DNA from: an uncultured bacterium
Lineage (GTDB): Bacteria > Desulfobacterota_D > UBA1144 > Nemesobacterales > UBA2774
Direction of reading: 5' to 3'
Length of the DNA stretch: 47,827 bases
Assembly (NCBI GenBank): GCA_965365595.1
Contig: CBDUCG010000001.1
Coordinates: forward strand, 1-47,827
Shown here piece after piece: positions 37,030-46,217 of this stretch. The notes under the pieces were generated by a model. It was given only the letters and a program-made list of their open reading frames with translations. It made no database searches and was not told the origin of the DNA. Each line of letters begins with the position of its first letter. Within the stretch, counting starts at the first letter, position 1. Made by a program: the position numbers and the translations under genes.

Positions 37030-38363
37030 TGAGTGAGCAAAACACATTAACTTACGCAAGAGTCAATGATGATATAATAAGAATGCTAGATAAGCCCACT
37101 TTTAAGTGGTGGGCTCTATTTTTGCCGACACTTCTTTTTGTTGGTTTCGGTTTATTCTGTTTTATATATCAGGTTCATACCGGACTTGGTGTTGCAGGTT
37201 ACAGACACCCTGTTTTCTGGGGAGTCTACATTACTGATTTTGTGTTCTGGGTAGGTATTGCGCACTCAGGTACTTTGATTTCCGCAATTTTATTCTTGTT
37301 CCGCGCCAATTTCCGAATGTCTATTTACCGTATTGCTGAAGGTATGACTGTTTTTGCTGTGTTAACTGCCGGACTATTTCCTATTATTCACCTCGGTCGT
37401 CCATGGAATTTTTACTGGCTATTTCCATATCCCAACCAGAGAGAGCTTTGGGTAAACTTCAAATCACCTCTTCTCTGGGACGTTTTTGCGGTAAGCACAT
37501 ATCTTACCGTGAGCTCAGTATTCTTCTTTATCGGATTAATTCCAGACATAGCAGCCGTAAGAGACAGAGTAAAAGAAGTTCCAAGAAAAATTATCTATTC
37601 CGTGCTTTCACTAGGGTGGAAGGGTTCAAACTGGGAGTGGCTGCACTATTCCAGGGCATATCTGTTTTTTGCCGCATTTGCAACTCCGCTGGTCCTATCA
37701 GTTCATAGTGTTGTATCTTGGGACTTTGCAATGTCCAACCTGCCTGGATGGCATACTACTATTTTTGCTCCTTATTTTGTCGCCGGTGCTATTTTCTCAG
37801 GTCTGGGAATGGTTATTACACTCACAGTTCCTATTCGAAAAATATTCCACCTGGAAGACTACATAACTCTTGATAACTATGACGGTATGGCAAAGCTTAT
37901 AATGCTTACCTCTGGAATAGTGGGTTATGCGTACGGTATTGAATTCTTTATGGCGTGGTATAGTGGAAGCCCTGCTGAATGGGGTCAGTTTTACTATAGA
38001 GCAGTAGGTGAATATGCATTATTTTACTGGATCATGGTCGTATGCAACGTGATCATCCCGCTACCGCTCTGGTTTAAAAGCGTACGCCGAAACATAAAAG
38101 CTCTATTTATTATTTCTATCTTCATTAACATCGGTATGTGGTTTGAAAGGTTTAACATCATTGTTATATCCCTGTCCCGAGGGTTTGATCCTGCGGCATG
38201 GGGTATATACAAGCCTTCATGGGTAGAGATAGGTATTACTGTAGGAAGTTTCGCTTGGTTCTTTATGTTCTTCCTCCTTTTCTTAAAAACTCTGCCATCA
38301 GTTTCAATAGCTGAAATGAAGGAAATATTGCCTATACCTAAGAAGGAGGCAAAAACATCATGA
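37029..38363 (+). CDS. actC: Alternative Complex III subunit ActC (NrfD/PsrC-like quinol-interacting membrane subunit)
   Basis: About 10 TM helices of NrfD type. TAATG overlap with actB. Confidence 0.88.
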   Translation: MSEQNTLTYARVNDDIIRMLDKPTFKWWALFLPTLLFVGFGLFCFIYQVHTGLGVAGYRHPVFWGVYITDFVFWVGIAHSGTLISAILFLFRANFRMSIYRIAEGMTVFAVLTAGLFPIIHLGRPWNFYWLFPYPNQRELWVNFKSPLLWDVFAVSTYLTVSSVFFFIGLIPDIAAVRDRVKEVPRKIIYSVLSLGWKGSNWEWLHYSRAYLFFAAFATPLVLSVHSVVSWDFAMSNLPGWHTTIFAPYFVAGAIFSGLGMVITLTVPIRKIFHLEDYITLDNYDGMAKLIMLTSGIVGYAYGIEFFMAWYSGSPAEWGQFYYRAVGEYALFYWIMVVCNVIIPLPLWFKSVRRNIKALFIISIFINIGMWFERFNIIVISLSRGFDPAAWGIYKPSWVEIGITVGSFAWFFMFFLLFLKTLPSVSIAEMKEILPIPKKEAKTS

Positions 38364-38872
38364 GCGATAAACAAGGTGTATTAGGAGTTTTTTCATACGT
38401 TGATGTTACAATAGAAACTATTAAAAAACTCAAAGACGCAGGATTTAAGAATCTTAGAGTTTTCTCGCCGCTTCCCAACCATGAGATTGAACATGTAATG
38501 GATGAACCCGAGAGCATTGTGCGGTTTTTTACTCTCGGAGGAGCTATGCTGGGAGCTGCGTGCGGCGTGGGTTTTACTGTTCTCACATCAATGGACTGGC
38601 CGATATCCGTAAGCGCAAAGCCAATTGTTTCCTTGCCGCCTTTTATGGTAATTATTTTTGAGCTTACAATTTTAATGGGTGCTCTGGCCACACTACTTGG
38701 TTTACTTGTGAATTCACGTTTAAGAAGGAATGCCCCAAGGACTATGTATGATCCTAGGTTTTCGGAAGATAAGTTCGGAGTTATGATTACGTGCTCCAAA
38801 GACGGGGTAAAAGATGTAGAGGAGATATTAACTTCTCAAGGCGCCGAAGATATCAAGATTGACGGTGTGTAA
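38360..38872 (+). CDS. actD: Alternative Complex III subunit ActD (DUF3341-like)
   Basis: It has an N-terminal soluble domain (GVLGVFSYVD...LKDAGF...VFSPLPNHEI) and two TM helices. ATGA overlap with actC. Confidence 0.75.
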   Translation: MSDKQGVLGVFSYVDVTIETIKKLKDAGFKNLRVFSPLPNHEIEHVMDEPESIVRFFTLGGAMLGAACGVGFTVLTSMDWPISVSAKPIVSLPPFMVIIFELTILMGALATLLGLLVNSRLRRNAPRTMYDPRFSEDKFGVMITCSKDGVKDVEEILTSQGAEDIKIDGV

Positions 38873-38902
38873 TGGTTTCGACTATTAGGAGGTAAAACGG
38901 GA

Positions 38903-39493
38903 TTGTTTCTACTAAATAGGAAATATTGTCTGCTTTTAATACCTGTTATGTGTCTGATAGGTACAGTAAAGGCTTTCTCATTCCCATGGTCTTTCGACAT
39001 GTGGATTCAGCCTTCTATACTTCCATATGAAGAACCTGTGATTTATCCGGATCTTTCCGTTTCAACTGGAGGACTTAGGATAAAACCATTGCCAAGAGAA
39101 GATTTTGAAAATATTTCAGTAAACCCGGTTCCTGCAACAGAAGAATCTCTTGCTCAAGGAGAAAAATTATATAACAGATACTGTTTTGTATGTCACGGGA
39201 TGCAGGGTCAGGGAGATGGGCCTGTAATCAAAAGAGGTTTTTATCCTCTCAATTTGACAACACCAGGAGTAATTGCAAGAACAGACGGATACATATACGC
39301 ATATATTAGATATGGTGGAAAGGTAATGATGCCCAGCTATCGTGAAAGCATTAGTTCAGAAGATGCCTGGGATGTAGTGAATTACGTAAGAAAGCTTCAA
39401 GGCAACCCAGTCAGAGAAACTGCAGTTGAAGAAACCCCTGCAACTACTGATGCCCCGGCAACTGAGGACACTGAACAGGAGAGCGCTGAGTAA
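38903..39493 (+). CDS. actE: Alternative Complex III subunit ActE (monoheme cytochrome c)
   Basis: It has a signal/anchor segment, a single CFVCH and a distal Met region (KVMMPSY). TTG start 10 nt after an AGGAGG SD. Confidence 0.8.
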   Translation: MFLLNRKYCLLLIPVMCLIGTVKAFSFPWSFDMWIQPSILPYEEPVIYPDLSVSTGGLRIKPLPREDFENISVNPVPATEESLAQGEKLYNRYCFVCHGMQGQGDGPVIKRGFYPLNLTTPGVIARTDGYIYAYIRYGGKVMMPSYRESISSEDAWDVVNYVRKLQGNPVRETAVEETPATTDAPATEDTEQESAE

Positions 39494-39494
39494 G

Positions 39495-40736
39495 ATGGAT
39501 GATAAAATGAGAGACGATATATTAGCCAAGAGATCGCTGATCCCCACTTGGTCTGTTTATTTATTCCTTATAATTGCTGTAATAGGTTTCGGCACTTTTG
39601 TTTACAAAATAACCGGGTCTACTCCCGAAAACGCTTGGGAAATATTTTTGATTAACTTCCTCTTCTGGACCGGAATTGCGCAAGCCGGAATAATTTTTTC
39701 CTGTATTCTCAGGATTACTAACGCAAGGTGGGCAAGGCCTCTTCTAAGGATAGCCGAGGGGCTTGGAGCCTTTCTGCCTATCTCTCTTATACTTCTTTTA
39801 GTTGTTTTTGCCGGCAGGGACTATGTACTGCCCTATGCTACAGAGCATTATCACCATCCAAAAGACGTATGGCTTAATATGACTTTTGTTTTTGCTAGAA
39901 ACATGATCTCATTCATTATTCTTTTAATATTGAGCGCTTTTTATCTTTACTATTCACTAAGACAGGATCTGGGCGGGTCGGGAGAGAAATTAAGCGGTAT
40001 GGCAGCTTGGATAGCTTCCGGATGGTCTGGAGAAGAAGAAAGAAAAGCAATATGGAAGAAGTTGGGACAGTTCGCTCCCGCAGTGATTATCTTCTATGCA
40101 ATAGCCTTTAGTTTCTTCGCCTGGGATTTCATGATGTCGCTTGATCCTCACTGGTTCAGTACTCTATTTGGACCTTATTATTTCATGGGTAGTTTCCTGG
40201 CAGCTCTTGGTACAACAATTGTGCTTTCAATTATGCTAAGGAGAAGACTTGGGCTGGAGGAATATCTGGTTGATACCCATTATCACGATATGGGCAAGTT
40301 GCTTCAGGGATTTTCCCTGTTCTGGGTCTATCTGTTCTTCTCACAGTTACTCCCGATATGGTATGCAAATATGCCTGAGGAAACAGCTTTTGTTATCAAA
40401 AGAGTTCAGGAAGAGCCTTTTCAGTCTCTTGCGTGGACCGTGTTAACATGTGTATTTATCTTCCCATTCCTGTCACTCATACCTAGAACTAATAAGATCG
40501 TAAAACCAATAGTTGTTTTTATAGCTGGCGTATCGTTAACAGGACTCTGGCTGGATAAATTTGTACTTGTAGTTCCTTCTTTATCCAATACAATTAATAT
40601 TGGAATAACGCAAATACTCATAACTCTTGGTTTCTTGGGAGCCTTTGTTATGATGTTCCTATTATTTATCAGAGCATTTCCGTCAATACCTGTGGGTGAT
40701 CCATTCTTTGGCGGCAAGGCAAAAGGAGGACATTGA
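39495..40736 (+). CDS. actF: Alternative Complex III subunit ActF (second NrfD-like membrane subunit)
   Basis: A polytopic paralog of ActC. The ATG at 39495 follows the actE stop directly. The track start at 39426 would overlap actE by 68 nt. Confidence 0.85.
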   Translation: MDDKMRDDILAKRSLIPTWSVYLFLIIAVIGFGTFVYKITGSTPENAWEIFLINFLFWTGIAQAGIIFSCILRITNARWARPLLRIAEGLGAFLPISLILLLVVFAGRDYVLPYATEHYHHPKDVWLNMTFVFARNMISFIILLILSAFYLYYSLRQDLGGSGEKLSGMAAWIASGWSGEEERKAIWKKLGQFAPAVIIFYAIAFSFFAWDFMMSLDPHWFSTLFGPYYFMGSFLAALGTTIVLSIMLRRRLGLEEYLVDTHYHDMGKLLQGFSLFWVYLFFSQLLPIWYANMPEETAFVIKRVQEEPFQSLAWTVLTCVFIFPFLSLIPRTNKIVKPIVVFIAGVSLTGLWLDKFVLVVPSLSNTINIGITQILITLGFLGAFVMMFLLFIRAFPSIPVGDPFFGGKAKGGH

Positions 40737-40879
40737 TGGACGATAAGCATCTCGATATAATAGCTCAGGGAGTTGTTGTCGGTATTTGTCTTGGAGTTGC
40801 GGGATTTATTTCCTTAATAGCAGCCGTCGCCCTTTTTGGTCCTCATATAGCTCCTTTGATGAATAAGCTGCCCTGGTAG
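40736..40879 (+). CDS. 47-aa single-TM ORF coupled to actF (possible small ACIII accessory subunit)
   Basis: TGATG overlap with the actF stop. MDDKHLDIIAQGVVVGICLGVAGFISLIAAVALFGPHIAPLMNKLPW has one clear TM helix. It is below the 60-aa cutoff of the ORF track. Confidence 0.4.
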   Translation: MDDKHLDIIAQGVVVGICLGVAGFISLIAAVALFGPHIAPLMNKLPW

Positions 40880-41022
40880 TATCTCGTAAGTAATTGTTTT
40901 CTGATTAATAATTCCCTCTATCTAGAATTGCCCTGATTGTTTTATTCTCCAGGATTTAGTTTGTAAATACTTCCGTTTAATGTAAAAATTCTAGTACTCA
41001 AATACATAGTAAGGAGAAAATA

Positions 41023-41871
41023 ATGGCTGCTACCAAAACCGCTACAAAAAAAACTACTAGAAAAAGGACTGTAAAAAAGAACCACGGTTTACCTTTAAAG
41101 AACGTGCTTTATGAAAAAAAAAGGAAAGTAGCTTACGTCACAATTAACAGACCTGAGGTGCGTAACGCATTAAATTCACAAACCAGGGAAGAGCTGGCTA
41201 TGGCACTTGAGGACGCCTGGCTTGATGACAGAATCGGGGTAATTGTCCTCACGGGTGCCGGAGGGAAAGCCTTTTCGGCGGGGGGAGATCTATCTTGGAT
41301 TGTCGATCCCAAAAAGAAAGTTGATGCCAAATATATGCTGGTTCATTACAGGCTGGCTACAGCCATGCGTTGTTGCGGAAAACCTATCATAGCCAGAGTA
41401 GACGGTTACTGTGTTGGCGGCGGGAATGAGCTCAATATGCTTTGTGACCTTACCATAGCTTCAGATACTTCGATTTTTGCGCAAGCCGGCCCGTTGGTCG
41501 GAAGCGCTCCTATCTGGTACGGGCTTCAGCAGCTTCAGCATTCCGTAGGTGATAAAAAAGCAAGAGAAATAGTTTATCTATGTGAGCGCTATACTGCGCA
41601 ACAGGCGGCCGACATGGGTTGGGTTAACAAAGTAGTGCCGAAAGACAAGCTTGATAAGGAGGTAGACGCATGGTGCAAGAGCCTTCTTCAGAAAAGTCCT
41701 CAATCACTCAGGATTGCCAAATTTCAGATTAATTTCGCTTCCGACATGGCTCACCCGCAGATAACACACGGACTGGAGCTGGCCAGGTTTTTTATGAAAG
41801 CCCCCGAAATGGTGGAGGGAGCAAATGCATTCCTTGAGAAGCGCAAGCCTGATTTCTGGGGTGTTAAATAA
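41023..41871 (+). CDS. Enoyl-CoA hydratase/isomerase (crotonase) family protein with Lys/Thr-rich N-terminal tail
   Basis: It has the crotonase motifs INRPEVRNALN, LTGAGGKAFSAGGDL and GYCVGGGNEL. A strong AAGGAG SD precedes the ATG. Confidence 0.85.
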   Translation: MAATKTATKKTTRKRTVKKNHGLPLKNVLYEKKRKVAYVTINRPEVRNALNSQTREELAMALEDAWLDDRIGVIVLTGAGGKAFSAGGDLSWIVDPKKKVDAKYMLVHYRLATAMRCCGKPIIARVDGYCVGGGNELNMLCDLTIASDTSIFAQAGPLVGSAPIWYGLQQLQHSVGDKKAREIVYLCERYTAQQAADMGWVNKVVPKDKLDKEVDAWCKSLLQKSPQSLRIAKFQINFASDMAHPQITHGLELARFFMKAPEMVEGANAFLEKRKPDFWGVK

Positions 41872-41903
41872 TAAGTATAAAATTCAAAAAGCAGGGGTAA
41901 TTA

Positions 41904-42242
41904 ATGGCCAAAGAAGCTGAAATTAATTTTATTGTAAAGCTGGATGAGGACAATTCACCTTCAGAAATATTCTGGGGGGCGTCAGAGGCGGATTTTGAAG
42001 GGTTAAAACCATGCGAATCGCTCATGATATCAATGTGGGACAGGGTTGAAAAAAATACACTAAGTATTGATCTCTGGACTAAGGATATTGAAGTCGGCGA
42101 GATGAGCGCTCATTTTTATTTCACTTTTATGAAAATGGCCGATACTTATCAAAGAGCGACAAACAATAATGAACTATCAGAGATGATAAGAAATTTCGCC
42201 AGGGAATTTGCCAGGAAAGTTGAAGAACTGGCTAATGACTGA
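41904..42242 (+). CDS. Small cytoplasmic protein resembling the GldC family
   Basis: At 112 aa, the pattern EINF.VKLDE...P..I.W.A....(gap)..M.S.WD....TL.IDLWTKD...EM matches my recollection of GldC proteins. This is unverified. Confidence 0.4.
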   Translation: MAKEAEINFIVKLDEDNSPSEIFWGASEADFEGLKPCESLMISMWDRVEKNTLSIDLWTKDIEVGEMSAHFYFTFMKMADTYQRATNNNELSEMIRNFAREFARKVEELAND

Positions 42243-42261
42243 ATTATATCAAGCGGTTAAT

Positions 42262-43191
42262 TTATAAAGCCGACATAACCTCTTTCGCGAAGAACCTGAG
42301 AGTATCGTGGTTCATAATGTCTGAAAAGAAAACTGTGTATTTAGTAATGCCTTTCTTTTCATTCTCCAGTATTTTTTCTATACATTGCTCTGGCGTTCCA
42401 ACTATTCCAAATTTGGAAATATCACCAAAGAAGCCGTATCTCTTTTGACCTTTTTCAAGCTTGACCTCAAACTCAGCCTTGTCTTTAGCAATTACACACA
42501 CTGTTTGCTGTGAAATTCCTATCTCGTTTATATCCCTTCCCACATCCTTGCAGTGTTGTTTCAATACATCTAGTTTGTGATCATATGCTGTGGCGTGATT
42601 TGCCGGGCAGTTCCATTCATCCGCAAGCTCAGCTACCACTCTGAGTAAATATTTTTCTCCGGCTCCCCCAATCATAATCGGCGGGTGAGGGGTTTGCACG
42701 GGCTTAGGGTTACAGAATGCCTCATTAATGCTATAGTGATTTCCATTAAAAGAGGGCTTTTCTTCGGTCCACATCGCTCTGATTATTTTTACAGACTCTG
42801 AAAGCTGCTCTATTCTGGTTCTGGTATCTGGGAATTCATATCCGTATGCTTTGTACTCAGCCTCAAACCATCCGGCTCCCATCGCAAATTCAAGCCTTCC
42901 GTTGCTGATAACGTCCAGAGTGGAGGCCATCTTTGCCAAAAGTGCAGGTGGCCTAAATGAATTGCATAGCACCATAGTGCCGATTTTGATCTCGTCAGTC
43001 GTGCTTGCAAGGGCCGCCATTGAGGTCCAGGCCTCATAAATGTCCATCTCTATCGCGCCCATCCCGAGTATGTGGTCGTAAAACCAGACGGAATGGTATC
43101 CAAGCAGATCGCATAGCTCTGCTGTTTCCCTTATCTGAGAGAAATCTATCTTCTGCTGCCTTAACATTACTCCAAACTTGATTCTGCTCAT
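42262..43191 (-). CDS. Luciferase-like monooxygenase (LLM) class flavin/F420-dependent oxidoreductase
   Basis: It is a TIM-barrel LLM, with the motifs GYHSVWFYDH, LDVISNGRLEFAMGAGW and PPIMIGGAG. Confidence 0.85.
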   Translation of the reverse strand: MSRIKFGVMLRQQKIDFSQIRETAELCDLLGYHSVWFYDHILGMGAIEMDIYEAWTSMAALASTTDEIKIGTMVLCNSFRPPALLAKMASTLDVISNGRLEFAMGAGWFEAEYKAYGYEFPDTRTRIEQLSESVKIIRAMWTEEKPSFNGNHYSINEAFCNPKPVQTPHPPIMIGGAGEKYLLRVVAELADEWNCPANHATAYDHKLDVLKQHCKDVGRDINEIGISQQTVCVIAKDKAEFEVKLEKGQKRYGFFGDISKFGIVGTPEQCIEKILENEKKGITKYTVFFSDIMNHDTLRFFAKEVMSAL

Positions 43192-43337
43192 TTGTTCACC
43201 TTTATGCCGTAGTAGTTAGAATGACAATTTAACAGAGGCGAACTTTATAATCAAATAATACAAACAGCCAGTTTGACACCCTATGGCTTATCCTATAAAT
43301 TAAGAGGCCGAGAGAAACACAAAGGAGGCTATAAGCC

Positions 43338-44081
43338 ATGTATAAATCTTTATCAAAGTATTCATTAATTCTTGCGTTAATTCTGTTGATTCCGGCGGTT
43401 TTTTATTTAACCGGCTGCAACCAGGAAGAGACCCAGAACGAGACAGCGACCGAAACTGCTTCAGAGACTGATCAGAGCACCGAAGAAACTCCTGCAGCTG
43501 ACGCGGCAACGGAAGAACCTAGTGCGGAAGAGACCACAAATGATCAAATAACCAATGATGAAACAAGCAGCAATGACGAAGCGGTAGAAAAAAAAGGAGG
43601 CAATCCAGTGGTAATAATCAAGACTACAAAAGGTGATATTAAAGTTGAATTGGACAGGGAAAAAGCGCCAATAAGCACTGATAATTTTTTAGCCTATGTT
43701 GAAGACGGTTATTATGATGGAACTATCTTTCACAGGGTCATAAACAATTTTATGATTCAAGGTGGGGGATTCATGGCCGACGGACAACAAAAGCCTACTA
43801 AAGCGCCTGTTAAAAATGAAGCAGATAACGGGTTAAAAAACAAAAGAGGTACAATAGCCATGGCACGTACAGGAGTTGTGGACAGTGCTACATCACAATT
43901 TTTTATTAATACTGTTGATAACGATTTCCTAAACCACGGTAAAAGGGATTTTGGCTATGCGGTGTTTGGAAAAGTGGTTGATGGAATGGATGTTGTTGAC
44001 GCTATTGCCGTTGTTCCAACTGGACCCGGAGACGTTCCCGATGACCAGATTGTTATTGAGTCGGTCACCGTTGTGGAATAA
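43338..44081 (+). CDS. ppiA: Cyclophilin-type peptidyl-prolyl cis-trans isomerase, lipoprotein with acidic low-complexity linker
   Basis: It has a lipobox (YLTG|C), an E/T-rich linker of about 70 aa, and the cyclophilin core ([22 protein letters not shown]). Confidence 0.92.
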   Translation: MYKSLSKYSLILALILLIPAVFYLTGCNQEETQNETATETASETDQSTEETPAADAATEEPSAEETTNDQITNDETSSNDEAVEKKGGNPVVIIKTTKGDIKVELDREKAPISTDNFLAYVEDGYYDGTIFHRVINNFMIQGGGFMADGQQKPTKAPVKNEADNGLKNKRGTIAMARTGVVDSATSQFFINTVDNDFLNHGKRDFGYAVFGKVVDGMDVVDAIAVVPTGPGDVPDDQIVIESVTVVE

Positions 44082-44088
44082 ATAAACT

Positions 44089-44688
44089 TTATGCTAATAC
44101 GCCCTTGAATGATTTCCTGTGAATAGGGCAGGGGCCATGTTTTCTGATCGCATCATAATGCTCTTTTGTCGGATATCCTTTGTGTCCCTTAAAATTATAT
44201 TCAGGATATACCAAATCGTATTCCTCCATTATTGAATCTCTTGTTACTTTGGCCATAATGGATGCCGCGGCAATGGAGCAGGACTTGGAATCTCCTTTGA
44301 CTATGGTTTCCTGCATTAGAAGCAGCGAAATTCTCTGGTTTCCGTCAATTAGCAAATGATCAGGTTTGGTCGTGAGTTTCTTGACTGAAATTTCCATCGC
44401 AAGCAAGGCCGCGCGAAGTATATTGATCCTGTCTATCTCATCAGGTTCAACTATCCCGATAGCATATGAAATGGCAACTGACTTTATTTCCTCAAAGAGG
44501 ATATTCCTTCTGGAAGGGGTAAGTTTTTTTGAGTCATCAAGACCCTTTATTTCGCAGTCATCTGGCAATACTACAGCGGCTGCAACTACAGGGCCCGCAA
44601 GTGGGCCTCTACCGGCTTCGTCAACTCCGGCGGGTATTCGGCCTTTTGCCCATATTTCTTTTTCATAGTTCAGGTTAGGCGGGCTCAA
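44089..44688 (-). CDS. rnhB: Ribonuclease HII
   Basis: It has the GVDEAGRGPLAGPVV and DDSKKL motifs. Confidence 0.93.
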   Translation of the reverse strand: MSPPNLNYEKEIWAKGRIPAGVDEAGRGPLAGPVVAAAVVLPDDCEIKGLDDSKKLTPSRRNILFEEIKSVAISYAIGIVEPDEIDRINILRAALLAMEISVKKLTTKPDHLLIDGNQRISLLLMQETIVKGDSKSCSIAAASIMAKVTRDSIMEEYDLVYPEYNFKGHKGYPTKEHYDAIRKHGPCPIHRKSFKGVLA

Positions 44689-44710
44689 GGTATTTCTCCG
44701 GCCAATGTTA

Positions 44711-45589
44711 TCAGCTGACCAATCCGTAATCTAACAGAGCCGCTTTAAGCTCTTCAAAGTGGGCGTCAGTCATTTCGGTCAATGGTAAGCGATATTCATA
44801 TTTGATCTTGTCCATAATGCTGAGAGCGGCTTTAATAGGAATGGGATTCGTCTCTATGAATAATGCTTCATTTAATGGTTGTAGTTTATAGTGCAGTTCT
44901 CTGGCTTTCTCAAAATCACCGCTGCTGAAATGGTTATATAAATCGGCAACATCTCTTGGAGCAATATTTGCTGTAACAGTGATAAATCCTCTTGCACCTA
45001 TTGCCATTAATGGGAAATTAAGCGCGTCCTCACCTGAAAGAACTATAAAATCCGGGCCGCAAAGCTGAATAACTTTACTTGCCTGCGGCACTGATCCTGT
45101 CGCTTCCTTTACGCCAACTATATTTTTGAAATCCCCCGCCAGTCTGGCAACTGTCTCAGGCGCCATATTCACCACTGATCTGCCCGGTATGTTGTAGAGG
45201 ATAATCGGTATATCTACCTGTGAGGCTATTTGTTTAAAGTGTTGATAAAGCCCTTCTTGAGTAGGTTTATTGTAATATGGAACGACAACCAGAGCCCCGT
45301 CAGCCCCGATTTCTTTAGCAAATCGGGTGAGCCTGATAGCTTCCTTTGTACTGTTGGATCCTGTTCCTGCTATCACGGGAACTCTTTTGTTAACCGTCTT
45401 TACCGTGAGCTCGATTACGTATTCATGCTCTTCATGCGAAAGGGTGGGCGATTCCCCTGTTGTTCCGCAGGGCACAATTCCGTGAGTGCCGTTTTCTATT
45501 TGAAATTCTATTAGTTCAGTTAAGGCGTCTTCATCTATTTTGCCGTTTTTAAATGGAGTTACTATTGCTACCAATGATCCGTGAATCAT
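44711..45589 (-). CDS. dapA: 4-hydroxy-tetrahydrodipicolinate synthase
   Basis: It has the GTTGES, YYNKP and YNIPGR motifs and is 292 aa. Confidence 0.95.
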   Translation of the reverse strand: MIHGSLVAIVTPFKNGKIDEDALTELIEFQIENGTHGIVPCGTTGESPTLSHEEHEYVIELTVKTVNKRVPVIAGTGSNSTKEAIRLTRFAKEIGADGALVVVPYYNKPTQEGLYQHFKQIASQVDIPIILYNIPGRSVVNMAPETVARLAGDFKNIVGVKEATGSVPQASKVIQLCGPDFIVLSGEDALNFPLMAIGARGFITVTANIAPRDVADLYNHFSSGDFEKARELHYKLQPLNEALFIETNPIPIKAALSIMDKIKYEYRLPLTEMTDAHFEELKAALLDYGLVS

Positions 45590-45668
45590 AATAAATCTCC
45601 TCTGCTTTCATTATATTTAAGCCGGGATGTAAATCAAGGAATCCACTAAAATTGAAAGATAGATAATG

Positions 45669-46217
45669 TTAAAATGCGTCTAATCTGGCTCCACATTCCG
45701 AGCAGTATTTGCTTTGACTTTGTATCTTGCTTCCACATTTATTGCAGTTGATATATTCGTTGTTGCCGGATTGTGCAGTCCTTTTCTTCGCGTTCTCTAA
45801 TGCCACTTCTATTTTTATCTCCAGATTCCGACAATGCTCAGCTCCGGCTTTTGTGAACTCTATTATGTCTTCATTACCTGGTGTTGTGATTGAAATTCTG
45901 GGCTCTGTGTTATCCATTTCATAAAACATCTGTTTTATTTCTCTGAGCGGTATGTCTCTGAATCTTTTAAACTTTGAGGAGTTTCTTGCAACGATAATTC
46001 TTTCATTTGTTAGAATGAACCATGAGTTAAAGAATGTGTTGCTATCTATAAATTTAGGGGCTTTGTAGATTGCTCGATAATTCAAAAGAGTTAGGATTAC
46101 TTCTTCGTCACTTTTTAAATAATTCTGAAGTCCGGAGTTAATATTCTCTGGTAATTCAGTGTAGTTTGTAGTAACAAAACTGCCTACAAGATCCTTAATC
46201 GAATCAACAATTGCCAT
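45669..46217 (-). CDS. PH-like (bacterial PH/GRAM-like) domain protein with C-terminal zinc ribbon
   Basis: The start at MAIVDS is taken from the TAATG overlap with the asd stop. The C-terminus is CNKCGSKIQSQSKYCSECG (CxxC-x10-CxxC). The track ORF extends upstream into asd. Confidence 0.6.
   Translation of the reverse strand: MAIVDSIKDLVGSFVTTNYTELPENINSGLQNYLKSDEEVILTLLNYRAIYKAPKFIDSNTFFNSWFILTNERIIVARNSSKFKRFRDIPLREIKQMFYEMDNTEPRISITTPGNEDIIEFTKAGAEHCRNLEIKIEVALENAKKRTAQSGNNEYINCNKCGSKIQSQSKYCSECGARLDAF

Noticed and set aside
39426-39494. Upstream ATG start for actF given by the ORF track
   Set aside because: It would overlap actE by 68 nt and add a non-hydrophobic Arg/Leu-rich leader. 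The ATG at 39495, immediately after the actE stop, fits the coupled operon better. The same logic applies to tpx (30743 versus 30824) and to the zinc-ribbon gene (46301 versus 46217).
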